Of a stretch of 40,502 bases of DNA, positions 1-8,567 are shown one piece after another. A model generated the notes under the pieces. That model worked only from the letters and a program-made list of their open reading frames with translations, was not told the DNA's origin and searched no databases. The stretch is taken from contig JAISDG010000140.1 of assembly GCA_031265015.1 (NCBI GenBank), positions 1 through 40,502 of the forward strand. Reading direction: 5' to 3'. Made by a program: the position numbers and the translations under genes. The stretch is from Spirochaetaceae bacterium. GTDB taxonomy: Bacteria; Spirochaetota; Spirochaetia; Treponematales; Breznakiellaceae. Positions within the stretch are counted from its first letter, which is position 1; every line of letters starts with the position of its first letter.

Positions 1-1068
1 CAGTTTGCCGAACAGCATGCCGGCGCCGTTAAGGGTGTCGTTTTCCGTAGCCAGAATGTAGGCCTCCCGGGCGCCTTCCCAGTCGAACGACGAATTGAGC
101 ATGGATTCGGGAAAATCGCAGTTGGGATAAAAGTCGGTCCACTGGCGCTGCCCCTGGAAGCCGCCGGCTATGGCGTTGTGTCCGACCATTTCTTCTTCAC
201 AGCCCGCCGGCAGTTTCGGGTTCCCGTTAAAAAGATCCTTGATGATGCACATCATCTTGACGACAAATTCCCAGGCCTGTTCTTTTTCCGCGGGGGATTT
301 TTGCAGTTCCGGCGGATTTTTGTCAAACCCTTCCTTGCAGTGTTCTTTTGTCCAGGCCAGGGCTTTTTTGTATTCCGCCTCGTCGTAGATGCCCTTTTCC
401 ATACGCCGGATAATTTCAACTTCGTCGACGCTTTCCACCCGCATCCCCAGGTATTCCTCAAAGAATTCGGGATTGATGATTGAACCGGCAATGCCCATGC
501 AGATCGAACCTATCTGTAAATAGCTTTTCCCCTTCATCGTGGCGGCGGCGACGGCGGCCCGGCCGAAACGGAGGAGTTTTTCCTCGACATCCGCCGGGAT
601 GCTTGTATCGTCAAGATCCTGTACGTCGTGGCCGTAAATCCCGAAGGCGGGGAGCCCCTTCTGGGCGTGGGAGGCTAATACCGCCGACAGGTACACCGCG
701 CCGGGCCGCTCGGTGCCGTTAAAGCCCCAGACCCCCTTTATCGTGGAAGGGTCCATGTCCATGGTTTCCGAGCCGTAGCACCAGCAAGGGGTAACCGTCA
801 GGGTGATGTCCACGCCCTCACGGCGGAATTTGTCGGCGCAGGAAGCGGCTTCCGCCACCCGGCCTATGGTCGTATCGGCGATAATAACCCGGGCCGGTTC
901 TCCGTTGGAGTAGCGCAGATTTTTTTCAAAAAGCGCCTTCGCCGCTTTCGCCATATTCATGGTCTGATCTTCAAGTGATTCGCGTACCTTTAAGGGCCCG
1001 CGCCGTCCGTCAATCGCCGGCCTGATTCCAATCGTGGGGTACGCGCCCCGGTAACGGTTCTTTGCCAT
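1..1068 (-). CDS. fucI: L-fucose isomerase. The N-terminal 356 codons are in the window and the C-terminus lies beyond the window start.
   Basis: It is absent from the ORF track because it runs off the edge. My minus-strand translation from ATG 1068 (preceded by AGGAGGAG) reads [113 protein letters not shown]. The frame is open down to nt 1. This matches remembered E. coli FucI motif for motif. Confidence 0.9.
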   Translation of the reverse strand, partial: MAKNRYRGAYPTIGIRPAIDGRRGPLKVRESLEDQTMNMAKAAKALFEKNLRYSNGEPARVIIADTTIGRVAEAASCADKFRREGVDITLTVTPCWCYGSETMDMDPSTIKGVWGFNGTERPGAVYLSAVLASHAQKGLPAFGIYGHDVQDLDDTSIPADVEEKLLRFGRAAVAAATMKGKSYLQIGSICMGIAGSIINPEFFEEYLGMRVESVDEVEIIRRMEKGIYDEAEYKKALAWTKEHCKEGFDKNPPELQKSPAEKEQAWEFVVKMMCIIKDLFNGNPKLPAGCEEEMVGHNAIAGGFQGQRQWTDFYPNCDFPESMLNSSFDWEGAREAYILATENDTLNGAGMLFGKL

Positions 1069-1202
1069 AATCTCCTCCTGCGCTAAAATACGGCCGCCTT
1101 CGGCCCCGCCGGCGTTCCCGACGCCGTTGTTTTCGCTGCACCGGGGCTAAATCCCGGTTATTATTCCCATAAAACACCCCGCCGTTTTCCGGCAGACGCT
1201 GC

Positions 1203-2192
1203 CTAATGAGCGTTGATGGTTACCGGCAGCCGGATTATCCGGCAGCCGGTCTGGCCATCCTTGTGCCGGATCTTTTCCACGATCCGGCGGCCCGCCTGTC
1301 TTCCCATTTCCACCGCATCCTGGGCCGCGGTATAACGGCACAGGGGCAAAAAAGGGGTAAAAAGAGATTCGTCGAAACCGGCGATAATCATTTTACCCTT
1401 TGGATGATCCAGCAGATAACGCTGAACGCCCAAGTGAACCATCAGGTTCACCGTTACCAGCGCTTCCGGCGGCGTTTTTCCCGTCAGGATCGTTTCCATC
1501 CTCCTGTAACCGTCCTCTATTCCCATTCCCCCAAGGCATACCCATCCCGGCTCGGGGGTAATGCCCGCTTCCGCCAGGGCCCTGCCGTAACCGGAAAGCC
1601 GTTCCCGGGCGGTGGAAAGGGTAATGTCCCCTCCGGCAAAACCTATCCGGGTATATCCGTCCCGAAGCAGAGCCCTGGTCAGCTCAAAACAGCCCCCTTC
1701 GTTATCGGACACCACCGTGTCCAGGTCCGCCCCTTCCACGAAACGGTCCACCTGAACCACCGGAAGCCGTTCCGACAGGGTCTTCAGGTGGTCCCCGCTG
1801 GACCCCGCGGGAATAATCACCATGCCGTCCACCATCCGCTCGGTAAAGGTGGAAATCCGCTTTTTTTCTTCCTCCACCGAATTGGAAGAAGAAGCAAGCA
1901 GCAGGGTATACCCCTCGGTATCAAGGACCCCTTCAATTCCTTCCGTCAAATCCATAAAAAAGGAATTGGCCAGTTCCGGGGCTATGACCCCCACGGTCCT
2001 GGAGGACCTGGTTTTAAGGCTCCGGGCAGCGTGGTTCACCCGGTAGCCCAGGGCTTCCACGGCAAAATGGACCCGCCGCCGGGTTTCCTCCGATACCCGA
2101 TCGGCGTTTTCCGCCGCCAAAACTCTTGAAACGGTGGCGGTGGATACTCCGGCGGCCTCCGCCACATCCCGTATGGTATGATCTCTCGTCAT
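1203..2192 (-). CDS. LacI-family transcriptional repressor
   Basis: 329-aa ORF with an N-terminal HTH (TIRDVAEAAGVSTATVSRVL) and a sugar-binding PBP-like core. It sits between fucU and fucI on the same strand. Confidence 0.9.
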   Translation of the reverse strand: MTRDHTIRDVAEAAGVSTATVSRVLAAENADRVSEETRRRVHFAVEALGYRVNHAARSLKTRSSRTVGVIAPELANSFFMDLTEGIEGVLDTEGYTLLLASSSNSVEEEKKRISTFTERMVDGMVIIPAGSSGDHLKTLSERLPVVQVDRFVEGADLDTVVSDNEGGCFELTRALLRDGYTRIGFAGGDITLSTARERLSGYGRALAEAGITPEPGWVCLGGMGIEDGYRRMETILTGKTPPEALVTVNLMVHLGVQRYLLDHPKGKMIIAGFDESLFTPFLPLCRYTAAQDAVEMGRQAGRRIVEKIRHKDGQTGCRIIRLPVTINAH

Positions 2193-2203
2193 AACGGTCC
2201 CGA

Positions 2204-2217
2204 TGTAATCGATTTCA
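2204..2217. promoter_or_regulatory. Candidate LacI-family operator, TGTAATCGATTTCA
   Basis: It matches the generic LacI/CcpA-type consensus TGNAANCGNTTNCA at all 10 specified positions. It is 12/14 self-complementary around a central CG. It lies 12 nt upstream of the LacI start codon. Confidence 0.45.
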
Positions 2218-2241
2218 TTGTACAGCTAAAAGTTCCGTTCA

Positions 2242-2682
2242 CTATCTGTTTTTTACCGGAATAACTCCTTTTTTTAGGATAATGTTTCCGTAGGGAACGG
2301 TTTCGCCGGTCATTATCACCGCAAAAGCCCTTTTGCAGCGCTCATAAAAGGCAAAACGCTCCACCCGTTCCACCGGAGGGGTTCCGGGCCAGCGGCGATC
2401 GATGACCGCCCGGTAGGACGCTTCTACCGCGGGATCCAGCGTATCCCCGGCGGACGCCTGCATCATTGCCGCCGGATGGGGTACATAGGAATCCAGATTG
2501 ATAAGGGCTAGAATTCCGTCCAGCAGGGCGGGAATTCGTATGCCGTCCGCCCGGATAACCCTGGAATTAAAGGTATTGCCGGGAAAAAAGGCGTCCCCCA
2601 GTACCAATTCATCCCCATGGCCCATACGAAACAGCGCGTCCAATAATTCCGGACCGATAACGGGATCAATGCCAATCAGCAT
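2242..2682 (-). CDS. fucU: L-fucose mutarotase (RbsD/FucU family)
   Basis: 146 aa. MLIGIDPVIGPELLDALFRMGHGDELVLGDAFFP..RADG..LDSY..GDTLDP..RFAFYERCKRAFAVIMTGE..YGNIILKKGV aligns along its whole length with remembered E. coli FucU. SD AGGAGG lies upstream of ATG 2682. Confidence 0.85.
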   Translation of the reverse strand: MLIGIDPVIGPELLDALFRMGHGDELVLGDAFFPGNTFNSRVIRADGIRIPALLDGILALINLDSYVPHPAAMMQASAGDTLDPAVEASYRAVIDRRWPGTPPVERVERFAFYERCKRAFAVIMTGETVPYGNIILKKGVIPVKNR

Positions 2683-2702
2683 AGTGTCCTCCTGGTTGTG
2701 TT

Positions 2703-2731
2703 ATAATCTACCTGAACCGGGGATTTGTCAA
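2703..2731 (-). promoter_or_regulatory. Candidate sigma70-type promoter for fucU-lacI-fucI
   Basis: The minus strand reads TTGACA (2731-2726), a 17-nt spacer, then GATTAT (2708-2703). This sits just upstream of the fucU SD and ATG. Confidence 0.3.
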
Positions 2732-2739
2732 GAAAAAAA

Positions 2740-2753
2740 TGTAAACGATTACG
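2740..2753. promoter_or_regulatory. Second candidate LacI-family operator, TGTAAACGATTACG
   Basis: 9 of 10 specified positions match TGNAANCGNTTNCA (the last base is G, not A). It lies immediately upstream of the candidate -35 of the fucU promoter. Confidence 0.4.
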
Positions 2754-2799
2754 TTTTTTTTCAAAAAACGCCTTAAAAGCCGCCTTTTTAAAAAGCTTT

Positions 2800-2822
2800 C
2801 CCGGGAACGCGCCGGTTCCGGG
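2800..2822 (-). terminator. Possible intrinsic terminator downstream of the Prs-like gene
   Basis: A GC-rich hairpin CCCGG(G)AAC / GTTCCGGG with one bulge is followed on the minus strand by AAAGCTTTTT. Confidence 0.3.
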
Positions 2823-2871
2823 CGCAGACAAGCCCCCTTAAGAAGGGCCTTGGGACAGGGAACCTATTGGT

Positions 2872-3963
2872 TTAAAAGAGGGTAGGGGATTTAAGGTACC
2901 GTTCGGCGTTAAAATCCCGCAGCAATTTTGCCATGGAACTGTTGGTAACGATGGTCCTGATCACTTTTGCGGACAGTTCCGCCGAAGGAACCACCTCCAG
3001 GTTGGGTATATCGTCCGTTTTGGCGCAGCAGATGGTATCGGTTACTATTATGTGGTTGAGCAGGCCCCGGGAACTGAGACTCTTCAGCCGGTCCGCGGCG
3101 GGGCGGGAAAAAACCGGATGGACCACCATCAGGTTGATTTCCGCCGGTTTCAGGGGAAGCAGGGCGTTGATAAGGGCTTCAATGGAACCGGCGGTATCCA
3201 CCATATCATCCACAATCCACAGGATCTTGTCTTCCACCGGTTCCGCGGAAAGGATATTGATACACTCCACCGTATTCTGCCGGGAATAATCCCGCTGTTT
3301 ATGGGCCACCACCAGGGGAACCCCGAAGGAATTGGAAAATTTCCGGCCCAGTTTTTCGCCCCCCGCGTCGACGGAGCAAAAGGCCCAGCGGCTTCTTACC
3401 GTATTCTGGAGGGTGTCCAAATCCTTTATATACACGTCGCAGAGCCGCTGTTTTAACAGGGTCAGGGCGGGGATGTCGTCCATGATACAGCGGGCGGGAT
3501 CGAGCATCGACTTTGATTTGTCCGAATGGAGCTGGTAGGTGACAAAATGCCAGGCCCCCAGGCTGGAAAGGATTTTTAAGTGGACCCAAATGCCCACGGA
3601 ACTGCGTTTGGTAGTCCTGTCCGACCGGGAACAGGACATGTAGGGCTCGAAGATAATAATTTTGGCCGCCTGGGCCCGTTTAAGGGCATCCACCGTGTGG
3701 TACAGTTCTATTTTTGCCTCGTCCACTCCCAAGCCCGCCTCGTTACGGGCACAGCTGGCAAAAACAAACACGTCCTTGCCCCGGATGGAAGAACCGACGA
3801 CCACTTCCTTTTCGCCGTCGGCAAAACGATCGGTGGCCAGGATATCGATTCCGTTGATGGAATCCGCAAAGGACGCAAAGCTTGAAAATTTTGTCAAATA
3901 ATCCACCACTTTTACGGCATAGGACTTCATGGTCCCGGTAGCGGTGATGACAAATTCACGCAT
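2872..3963 (-). CDS. Ribose-phosphate pyrophosphokinase-like protein (divergent Prs homolog)
   Basis: 363 aa. It retains RFADGE, the YMSCSRSDR region (canonical Y..YARQDR), and a PRPP loop VDDMVDTAGS (canonical DDMIDTGGT). Several other canonical Prs motifs are altered (see findings). Confidence 0.7.
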   Translation of the reverse strand: MREFVITATGTMKSYAVKVVDYLTKFSSFASFADSINGIDILATDRFADGEKEVVVGSSIRGKDVFVFASCARNEAGLGVDEAKIELYHTVDALKRAQAAKIIIFEPYMSCSRSDRTTKRSSVGIWVHLKILSSLGAWHFVTYQLHSDKSKSMLDPARCIMDDIPALTLLKQRLCDVYIKDLDTLQNTVRSRWAFCSVDAGGEKLGRKFSNSFGVPLVVAHKQRDYSRQNTVECINILSAEPVEDKILWIVDDMVDTAGSIEALINALLPLKPAEINLMVVHPVFSRPAADRLKSLSSRGLLNHIIVTDTICCAKTDDIPNLEVVPSAELSAKVIRTIVTNSSMAKLLRDFNAERYLKSPTLF

Positions 3964-4104
3964 GATTACACTATACCATGCCCTTTTGTCTTAAACAAGC
4001 TCGCTTCCTATTCACTTTTTTGAGAAATCATGGTATTTTTCAACAGTTGGACAAGCAAAAATACCGTTTGTTGCCATATATACACAGGTATGGGGAGGGA
4101 AAGG

Positions 4105-5523
4105 ATGGCAAAGATGAGCGAAACTGAGAAACCCCGGGGAACGCCCCTGGGATCCGCCGAAGAAAAAAAAAAGGCGCTGGAAGCGGCCCGGCTGCAAATA
4201 GAAAAACAGTACGGCGCCGGTTCCCTTATGCAGCTGGGGACCCATGCCATCGCGGCGGGGGTCGAGGTTATTCCCTCCGGCTCCATTCTGCTGGACGAGG
4301 CCCTGGGGGTAGGCGGCTATCCCAGGGGCAGGATTATCGAGATCTATGGTCCCGAATCGGGGGGGAAAACCACCCTGGCTCTTCACGCCATTGCGGAAGC
4401 CCAGAATCTGGGGGGTATTGCGGCCTTTGTGGACGCCGAACACGCCCTGGCCCCGGAGTACGCGAAGAATCTGGGAGTTAACATCGACGAACTGTGGGTG
4501 TCCCAGCCGGATACGGGGGAACAGGCCCTGGAAATTGCCGAAAGCCTGGTCCGGTCCGGCGCGGTGGACATTATCGTGGTAGATTCCGTGGCGGCCCTGA
4601 CGCCCCAGGCGGAAATCGAAGGGGATATGGGAGACGCCCACATGGGCCTCCAGGCCCGGCTGATGAGCCAGGCTTTACGGAAACTGACCGCCACCATCGG
4701 CAAGTCCAAGACAATTCTGATCTTTATCAACCAGATCCGGATGAAAATAGGGGTTATGTTCGGTAATCCCGAAACCACCACCGGCGGCAACGCCCTCAAA
4801 TTCTACTCCTCGGTCCGGCTGGAAGTGCGCCGGACGGAAACCATCGAAGCGGGTAAAGATTCGGACGCGGTAGGTAACCGGATCCGGGTCAAGGTTGCCA
4901 AGAACAAGGTAGCCCCTCCTTTCCGGAAGGTGGAACTGGAGCTTATCTTCGGCAAGGGGGTTTCCGCCATCGGAAGCCTGCTGGACGCGGCGGTAAAGTA
5001 TGAAATTATCGACAAAAAAGGCGCCTGGTACGCCTATAAAGAAGAAAAAATAGGCCAGGGCAGGGACAACGCCAAGCAGTACCTGGAAAGCAATCCTTCC
5101 TTTGCCGTAGAGCTGGAAGCGAAGCTCCGCAAGCTGATGTTCCCCGACAGGACCCTTTCCCCGGCGGTCTCCGGGGCTTCCGGCCCCGCTGCGGCCGGGC
5201 CGGTCCCCGGCGCTGCGGCGGCCTCCGGGTCCGCCGTCACGGGACCGGCTGTCCCCGGTCCGGGTGCCGCCCCGATCCCGGCGGCTGCCGGGCCCGCTAC
5301 GGCCGGGCCGTCGGCCCCAGCCCCGGCTCCCGCAGGGCCGGAGGCCGCGCAGGAACCGCCCCCTGTACAGCCGGCGGCCCCGGCCCAGCCTGTCCCCGGG
5401 CGGTTTCCGGATCTGGCCGCCGCGGCCCTTGCCCCGGAACCGCGCCGCGGTCCCGGACGGCCCCGGAAAAATCCCGAAGCGTCCCTGGAAATTTCGGGCG
5501 GCTCTGAAAACGATCTGTTTTAG
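4105..5523 (+). CDS. recA: Recombinase RecA with a long C-terminal Pro/Ala-rich extension
   Basis: Walker [10 protein letters not shown], plus [24 protein letters not shown] and the rest of the canonical RecA core. I prefer ATG 4105 (MAKMSETEK..) because GGGAGGGAAAGG precedes it. The track start at 4030 adds 25 non-conserved residues. Confidence 0.95.
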   Translation: MAKMSETEKPRGTPLGSAEEKKKALEAARLQIEKQYGAGSLMQLGTHAIAAGVEVIPSGSILLDEALGVGGYPRGRIIEIYGPESGGKTTLALHAIAEAQNLGGIAAFVDAEHALAPEYAKNLGVNIDELWVSQPDTGEQALEIAESLVRSGAVDIIVVDSVAALTPQAEIEGDMGDAHMGLQARLMSQALRKLTATIGKSKTILIFINQIRMKIGVMFGNPETTTGGNALKFYSSVRLEVRRTETIEAGKDSDAVGNRIRVKVAKNKVAPPFRKVELELIFGKGVSAIGSLLDAAVKYEIIDKKGAWYAYKEEKIGQGRDNAKQYLESNPSFAVELEAKLRKLMFPDRTLSPAVSGASGPAAAGPVPGAAAASGSAVTGPAVPGPGAAPIPAAAGPATAGPSAPAPAPAGPEAAQEPPPVQPAAPAQPVPGRFPDLAAAALAPEPRRGPGRPRKNPEASLEISGGSENDLF

Positions 5524-5578
5524 AGCGGGATTCGGGGGAATGAATTCGCCGCCGGCTTTTTTCCCCGCGAAGTGATTA

Positions 5579-6157
5579 TTGTCCGTGGAAATTGTTGTCC
5601 TGGGGCTGGGATCCAACCGGCCTTTTAACGGCCTTTCCCCGGCGGAGCTGCTTAATTCCGCTTTCGCGGAATTAAGCAGCCTGTTGGAGGACTGCCGCCT
5701 GTCCCCGGTGTATACGACGGCGCCGGTGGGAGTGACGGATCAGGCCGACTTTTGTAACGCCGCCGTGGCGGGCCGGTACGGGGGCAGTCCCCGGGAGCTG
5801 CTGGCCGCGGTTCAGGCCGTGGAAGCCGCCCGCGGCCGGGACCGCCAGCGGGAACGCCGCTGGGGGGAACGGTCCCTGGACATCGACATACTTCTTTTCG
5901 GGGACCGGCTTATCCGGGAAAAGGACCTTTCCGTTCCCCATCCCCGGCTCCGGGAACGGGCCTTTGCCCTCCGGCCCCTGCTGGATCTTATCCCCGCCGC
6001 CCGGGAACCGGGGACGGGAATAAGCTACCGGCGGATTCTTGAAGCCCTGCCGGATCAGGGGATTAAAGCGTACCGCCCCGAAACCGAACCTAAGCGCGGC
6101 GTCCAAATTCCGCAAGCCGGTGATATACGCCGGTCATTGAATCATAGGCCTGATTGA
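5579..6157 (+). CDS. folK: 2-amino-4-hydroxy-6-hydroxymethyldihydropteridine pyrophosphokinase (HPPK)
   Basis: HPPK hallmarks are present: GLGSN..P...L, SPVYTTAPVG..Q.DF.NA, RWGERSLDIDILLFG, L.VPHPRL.ERAF.L.PL. The start is uncertain (TTG 5579 or GTG 5585). Confidence 0.85.
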   Translation: MSVEIVVLGLGSNRPFNGLSPAELLNSAFAELSSLLEDCRLSPVYTTAPVGVTDQADFCNAAVAGRYGGSPRELLAAVQAVEAARGRDRQRERRWGERSLDIDILLFGDRLIREKDLSVPHPRLRERAFALRPLLDLIPAAREPGTGISYRRILEALPDQGIKAYRPETEPKRGVQIPQAGDIRRSLNHRPD

Positions 6158-7628
6158 AAATTCCGAAAAGTTCTTCGTATACCGGCGCCAGTTCGCCGCG
6201 GGGTGAAATTGTTTTAACCGGTCCGTTAAACTGACGTATCACCGAAAAATCCCTAAAGGCGCCGATGCCGACGCCGCCGCAAACCGCCGCGCCAAGGCTT
6301 GTCGCTTCTTCGGTATAGGCAGGGACCACGAGGGGTTTTTGCCATATATCGGCGAGAATTTGCAGCCATACCGTACCCTTGGCCCCGCCGCCAATCATAA
6401 TGATCCCGCCTGTACCGTTCCCGCGATCTTCAAGAATTTCCAGGATGATTCTCAGATTAAAACCGACTCCCTCAAGCACCGCCCGTGAAATATCACTCTT
6501 GCCGGTGGTGATCGAGAGCCCGACAAAGGCGCCCCTGGCCTCATGGTTCCAGCGGGGGGAACGTTCCCCCAAAAGATAGGGAAGGTAGAGCAGCCCTCCG
6601 GCGCCGGGCGGCGACTTTAACGCCCCTTCGTCAATAATGCGGTAGGGATCTTCACCGTCCCTGGCGGCTTCCGCGATTTCATCGCCGCAGAGGGTGTTTT
6701 TGTACCAATTATAGGAATACCCCGCAGCCTGCATAGTCCCGCAGGGCGTATACAGCGCGGGATCGAGGTGGACCCAGGTAAAGGTCCGCATCCGCGGATC
6801 ATATAAGGGGGCCGTACTTGCCAGCGAAATCCAGGAAGAAGAACCAAGTACATTGTAGGCGGCGCCTTCCGCCACCACCCCGGCGCCCACACAGGCGCAG
6901 CTTCCATCGCCGCCGCCGATAATAACGGGAGTTCCCTGAAGGAGCCCGATTTCCCCCGCCGCTTCCAGGGTAATGCCTCCGGCGTTATACGTCGAAGGAT
7001 ACGGATCGGGAAGCAGGTCCGGCGGAATACTCAGGGCATCCAGACTGTTTTTATCCCAGGTTTTTTTCACCAGATCAAACAGATTCGTCCCCGATGCGTC
7101 ACTGTAATCGGTAACAAATTTTCCTGTGAGCTTGAAAATGATATAATCCTTGGCGTGAAGCATCTTATAGGCCCGTTTGTATATTTCGCCCTCATTATCC
7201 CGGACCCATAAAAGTTTTGCCGCGGAATAGGAAGCGCTGATCCGGTGTCCCGTGGTCCGGTATATATAATCCATCCCCAGCTTTTCTTTCATTTCCGCTT
7301 CCTGCGCGCCCGCGCGGGTATCCGCCCAAATGATCATCGGACGTAGCGGCCTGCCTTCGCCGTCAACCAGCAGGCAGCCCATCATCTGGCCGCTGAAACA
7401 AACCGCGGCAATATCGCCGGGAGATACAGACGCCTTTTCAAGAAGCTGACGGGTAGAAAGGCATACCGCCTTCCAGAAATCATTGGGATCCTGTTCTACC
7501 CATCCTGGTTTTGGGTAATACGCCGGATATTCATATAAAACACCGGCGCCCAATTTCCCTTCCAGAGAGAAAAGAGCCGCCTTGTTGCCGCTGGTGCCAA
7601 GATCATGAGCTAATATATATTTCGCCAT
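6090..7628 (-). CDS. FGGY-family carbohydrate kinase (xylulokinase-like)
   Basis: 512 aa. N-terminal LAHDLGTSGNKA, an FGGY C-terminal domain (GGGAKG..W.QI.ADI), and SD AGGAGG before the ATG. GC content is intermediate between the island and the flanks. Confidence 0.9.
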   Translation of the reverse strand: MAKYILAHDLGTSGNKAALFSLEGKLGAGVLYEYPAYYPKPGWVEQDPNDFWKAVCLSTRQLLEKASVSPGDIAAVCFSGQMMGCLLVDGEGRPLRPMIIWADTRAGAQEAEMKEKLGMDYIYRTTGHRISASYSAAKLLWVRDNEGEIYKRAYKMLHAKDYIIFKLTGKFVTDYSDASGTNLFDLVKKTWDKNSLDALSIPPDLLPDPYPSTYNAGGITLEAAGEIGLLQGTPVIIGGGDGSCACVGAGVVAEGAAYNVLGSSSWISLASTAPLYDPRMRTFTWVHLDPALYTPCGTMQAAGYSYNWYKNTLCGDEIAEAARDGEDPYRIIDEGALKSPPGAGGLLYLPYLLGERSPRWNHEARGAFVGLSITTGKSDISRAVLEGVGFNLRIILEILEDRGNGTGGIIMIGGGAKGTVWLQILADIWQKPLVVPAYTEEATSLGAAVCGGVGIGAFRDFSVIRQFNGPVKTISPRGELAPVYEELFGIFNQAYDSMTGVYHRLAEFGRRA

Positions 7629-7670
7629 AAATTGCCTCCTGCCCCGATTACCACAAATCGGTACTTCCGT

Positions 7671-8567
7671 TTAAATCACATTTTTTACATTGTTTTGCGT
7701 TAAAATACTTTTAAAATAAGATATATATTCGGCGGATGGAACCGGAAAAATATTTTTGTCAGGATTTTGGTATAACGCTGTATATTTACTGATTCCAAAA
7801 TCATGGTACGGCATAATCTCTACCCTAACCGGCTCATATTTGCTTAAGAACAGGGCTATCTTTTTAAATTCGTCTTCCGTGTCGTTATAGTCTGGTATTA
7901 ACGGTATTCTAACCCATATTTTACCGGGAATGTTTTCTAACAGGCCGCATATATTTTGTAAAATTATCTTATTATCCATACCGGTGCCTTTTATATGCAA
8001 TTCAGCGCTCATGGCTTTCAAATCGCAAATCCAAACATCAACGCTGCCTATCAGCTCTTCAATATCATTCCATGCCGCCATCATTGATGTTTCCAGTGCA
8101 ACATTTATATTTTCCAATTTACATTGTTTTACTATTTCCCGCAGTTCGGATATTTGTACAAAAGGTTCTCCTCCCGTAAAGGTAACTCCACCTCCGGTTT
8201 CTTCATAAAATATTCTATCTCTTATTATTCTTCGTATTAATTCTTCGGGATCGATATCATACCCTGCTAATTCAAATGCCTTTTGCGCACAGACTTTGAC
8301 GCAAAGACCGCATAGGGTACAATTGCCCCTGTCAAATATATGCATCTCTTCTTTCATAGTATTCGCGTCTGCGTTACAAACAGTTGCGCATCTTCCGCAT
8401 CCGCAGCATTTTTCGCTGTAATAAAAAAGTTGTACATCTTTTACGGATGATTCTGGATTATGGCACCACAAACAGCGCAGGGGGCATCCTTTTAAAAAGA
8501 TACTTGTTCTTATGCCGGGTCCGTCATGGATACTAAATCTTTGTATGTCAAAAAGGCGAATCCTCAA
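7671..8567 (-). CDS. Glycyl-radical enzyme activating enzyme (radical SAM)
   Basis: 298 aa. N-terminus FSIHDGPGIRT, radical-SAM cluster CPLRCLWCHN, and two ferredoxin-type motifs (CCGCGRCATVC and CTLCGLCVKVC). The TTG start overlaps the GRE stop codon (TTGA). Confidence 0.9.
   Translation of the reverse strand: MRIRLFDIQRFSIHDGPGIRTSIFLKGCPLRCLWCHNPESSVKDVQLFYYSEKCCGCGRCATVCNADANTMKEEMHIFDRGNCTLCGLCVKVCAQKAFELAGYDIDPEELIRRIIRDRIFYEETGGGVTFTGGEPFVQISELREIVKQCKLENINVALETSMMAAWNDIEELIGSVDVWICDLKAMSAELHIKGTGMDNKIILQNICGLLENIPGKIWVRIPLIPDYNDTEDEFKKIALFLSKYEPVRVEIMPYHDFGISKYTALYQNPDKNIFPVPSAEYISYFKSILTQNNVKNVI

Noticed and set aside
1206-2129. 307-aa plus-strand ORF opposite the LacI-family gene. 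Similar long antisense ORFs occur at 25121-25864, 30272-31258, 32704-33552, 15495-16064, 17480-18058 and 39924-40475.
   Set aside because: All lie antisense to genes with clear family signatures. They show the G/P/R-rich bias of antisense frames in GC-rich DNA and lack SD sequences or motifs.
4066-4088. The alternating CATATATACACAG stretch upstream of recA as a possible LexA/SOS box
   Set aside because: The flanks do not fit CTGT-N8-ACAG (the left half is TGCC), and there is no GAAC-N4-GTTC. The match is insufficient.
4030-4104. Track-predicted recA start at 4030
   Set aside because: The first 25 residues ([25 protein letters not shown]) are not RecA-like. A strong purine-rich SD directly precedes ATG 4105.
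4675-5616. 313-aa minus-strand ORF opposite the recA 3' half and tail
   Set aside because: It is antisense to recA. It is an Arg/Gly/Pro-rich translation of the GC-rich low-complexity region.
7644-7661. Hairpin CCGATT-ACCACA-AATCGG between the activase and kinase genes as a terminator
   Set aside because: The stem is only 6 bp with no U-tract, and the kinase SD follows immediately. It is more likely incidental or a minor structural element.
8461-8478. TGGCAC hexamer resembling a sigma54 -24 element
   Set aside because: The downstream -12 position reads ACAGC rather than TTGC. The site also lies inside the activase coding region on the opposite strand.
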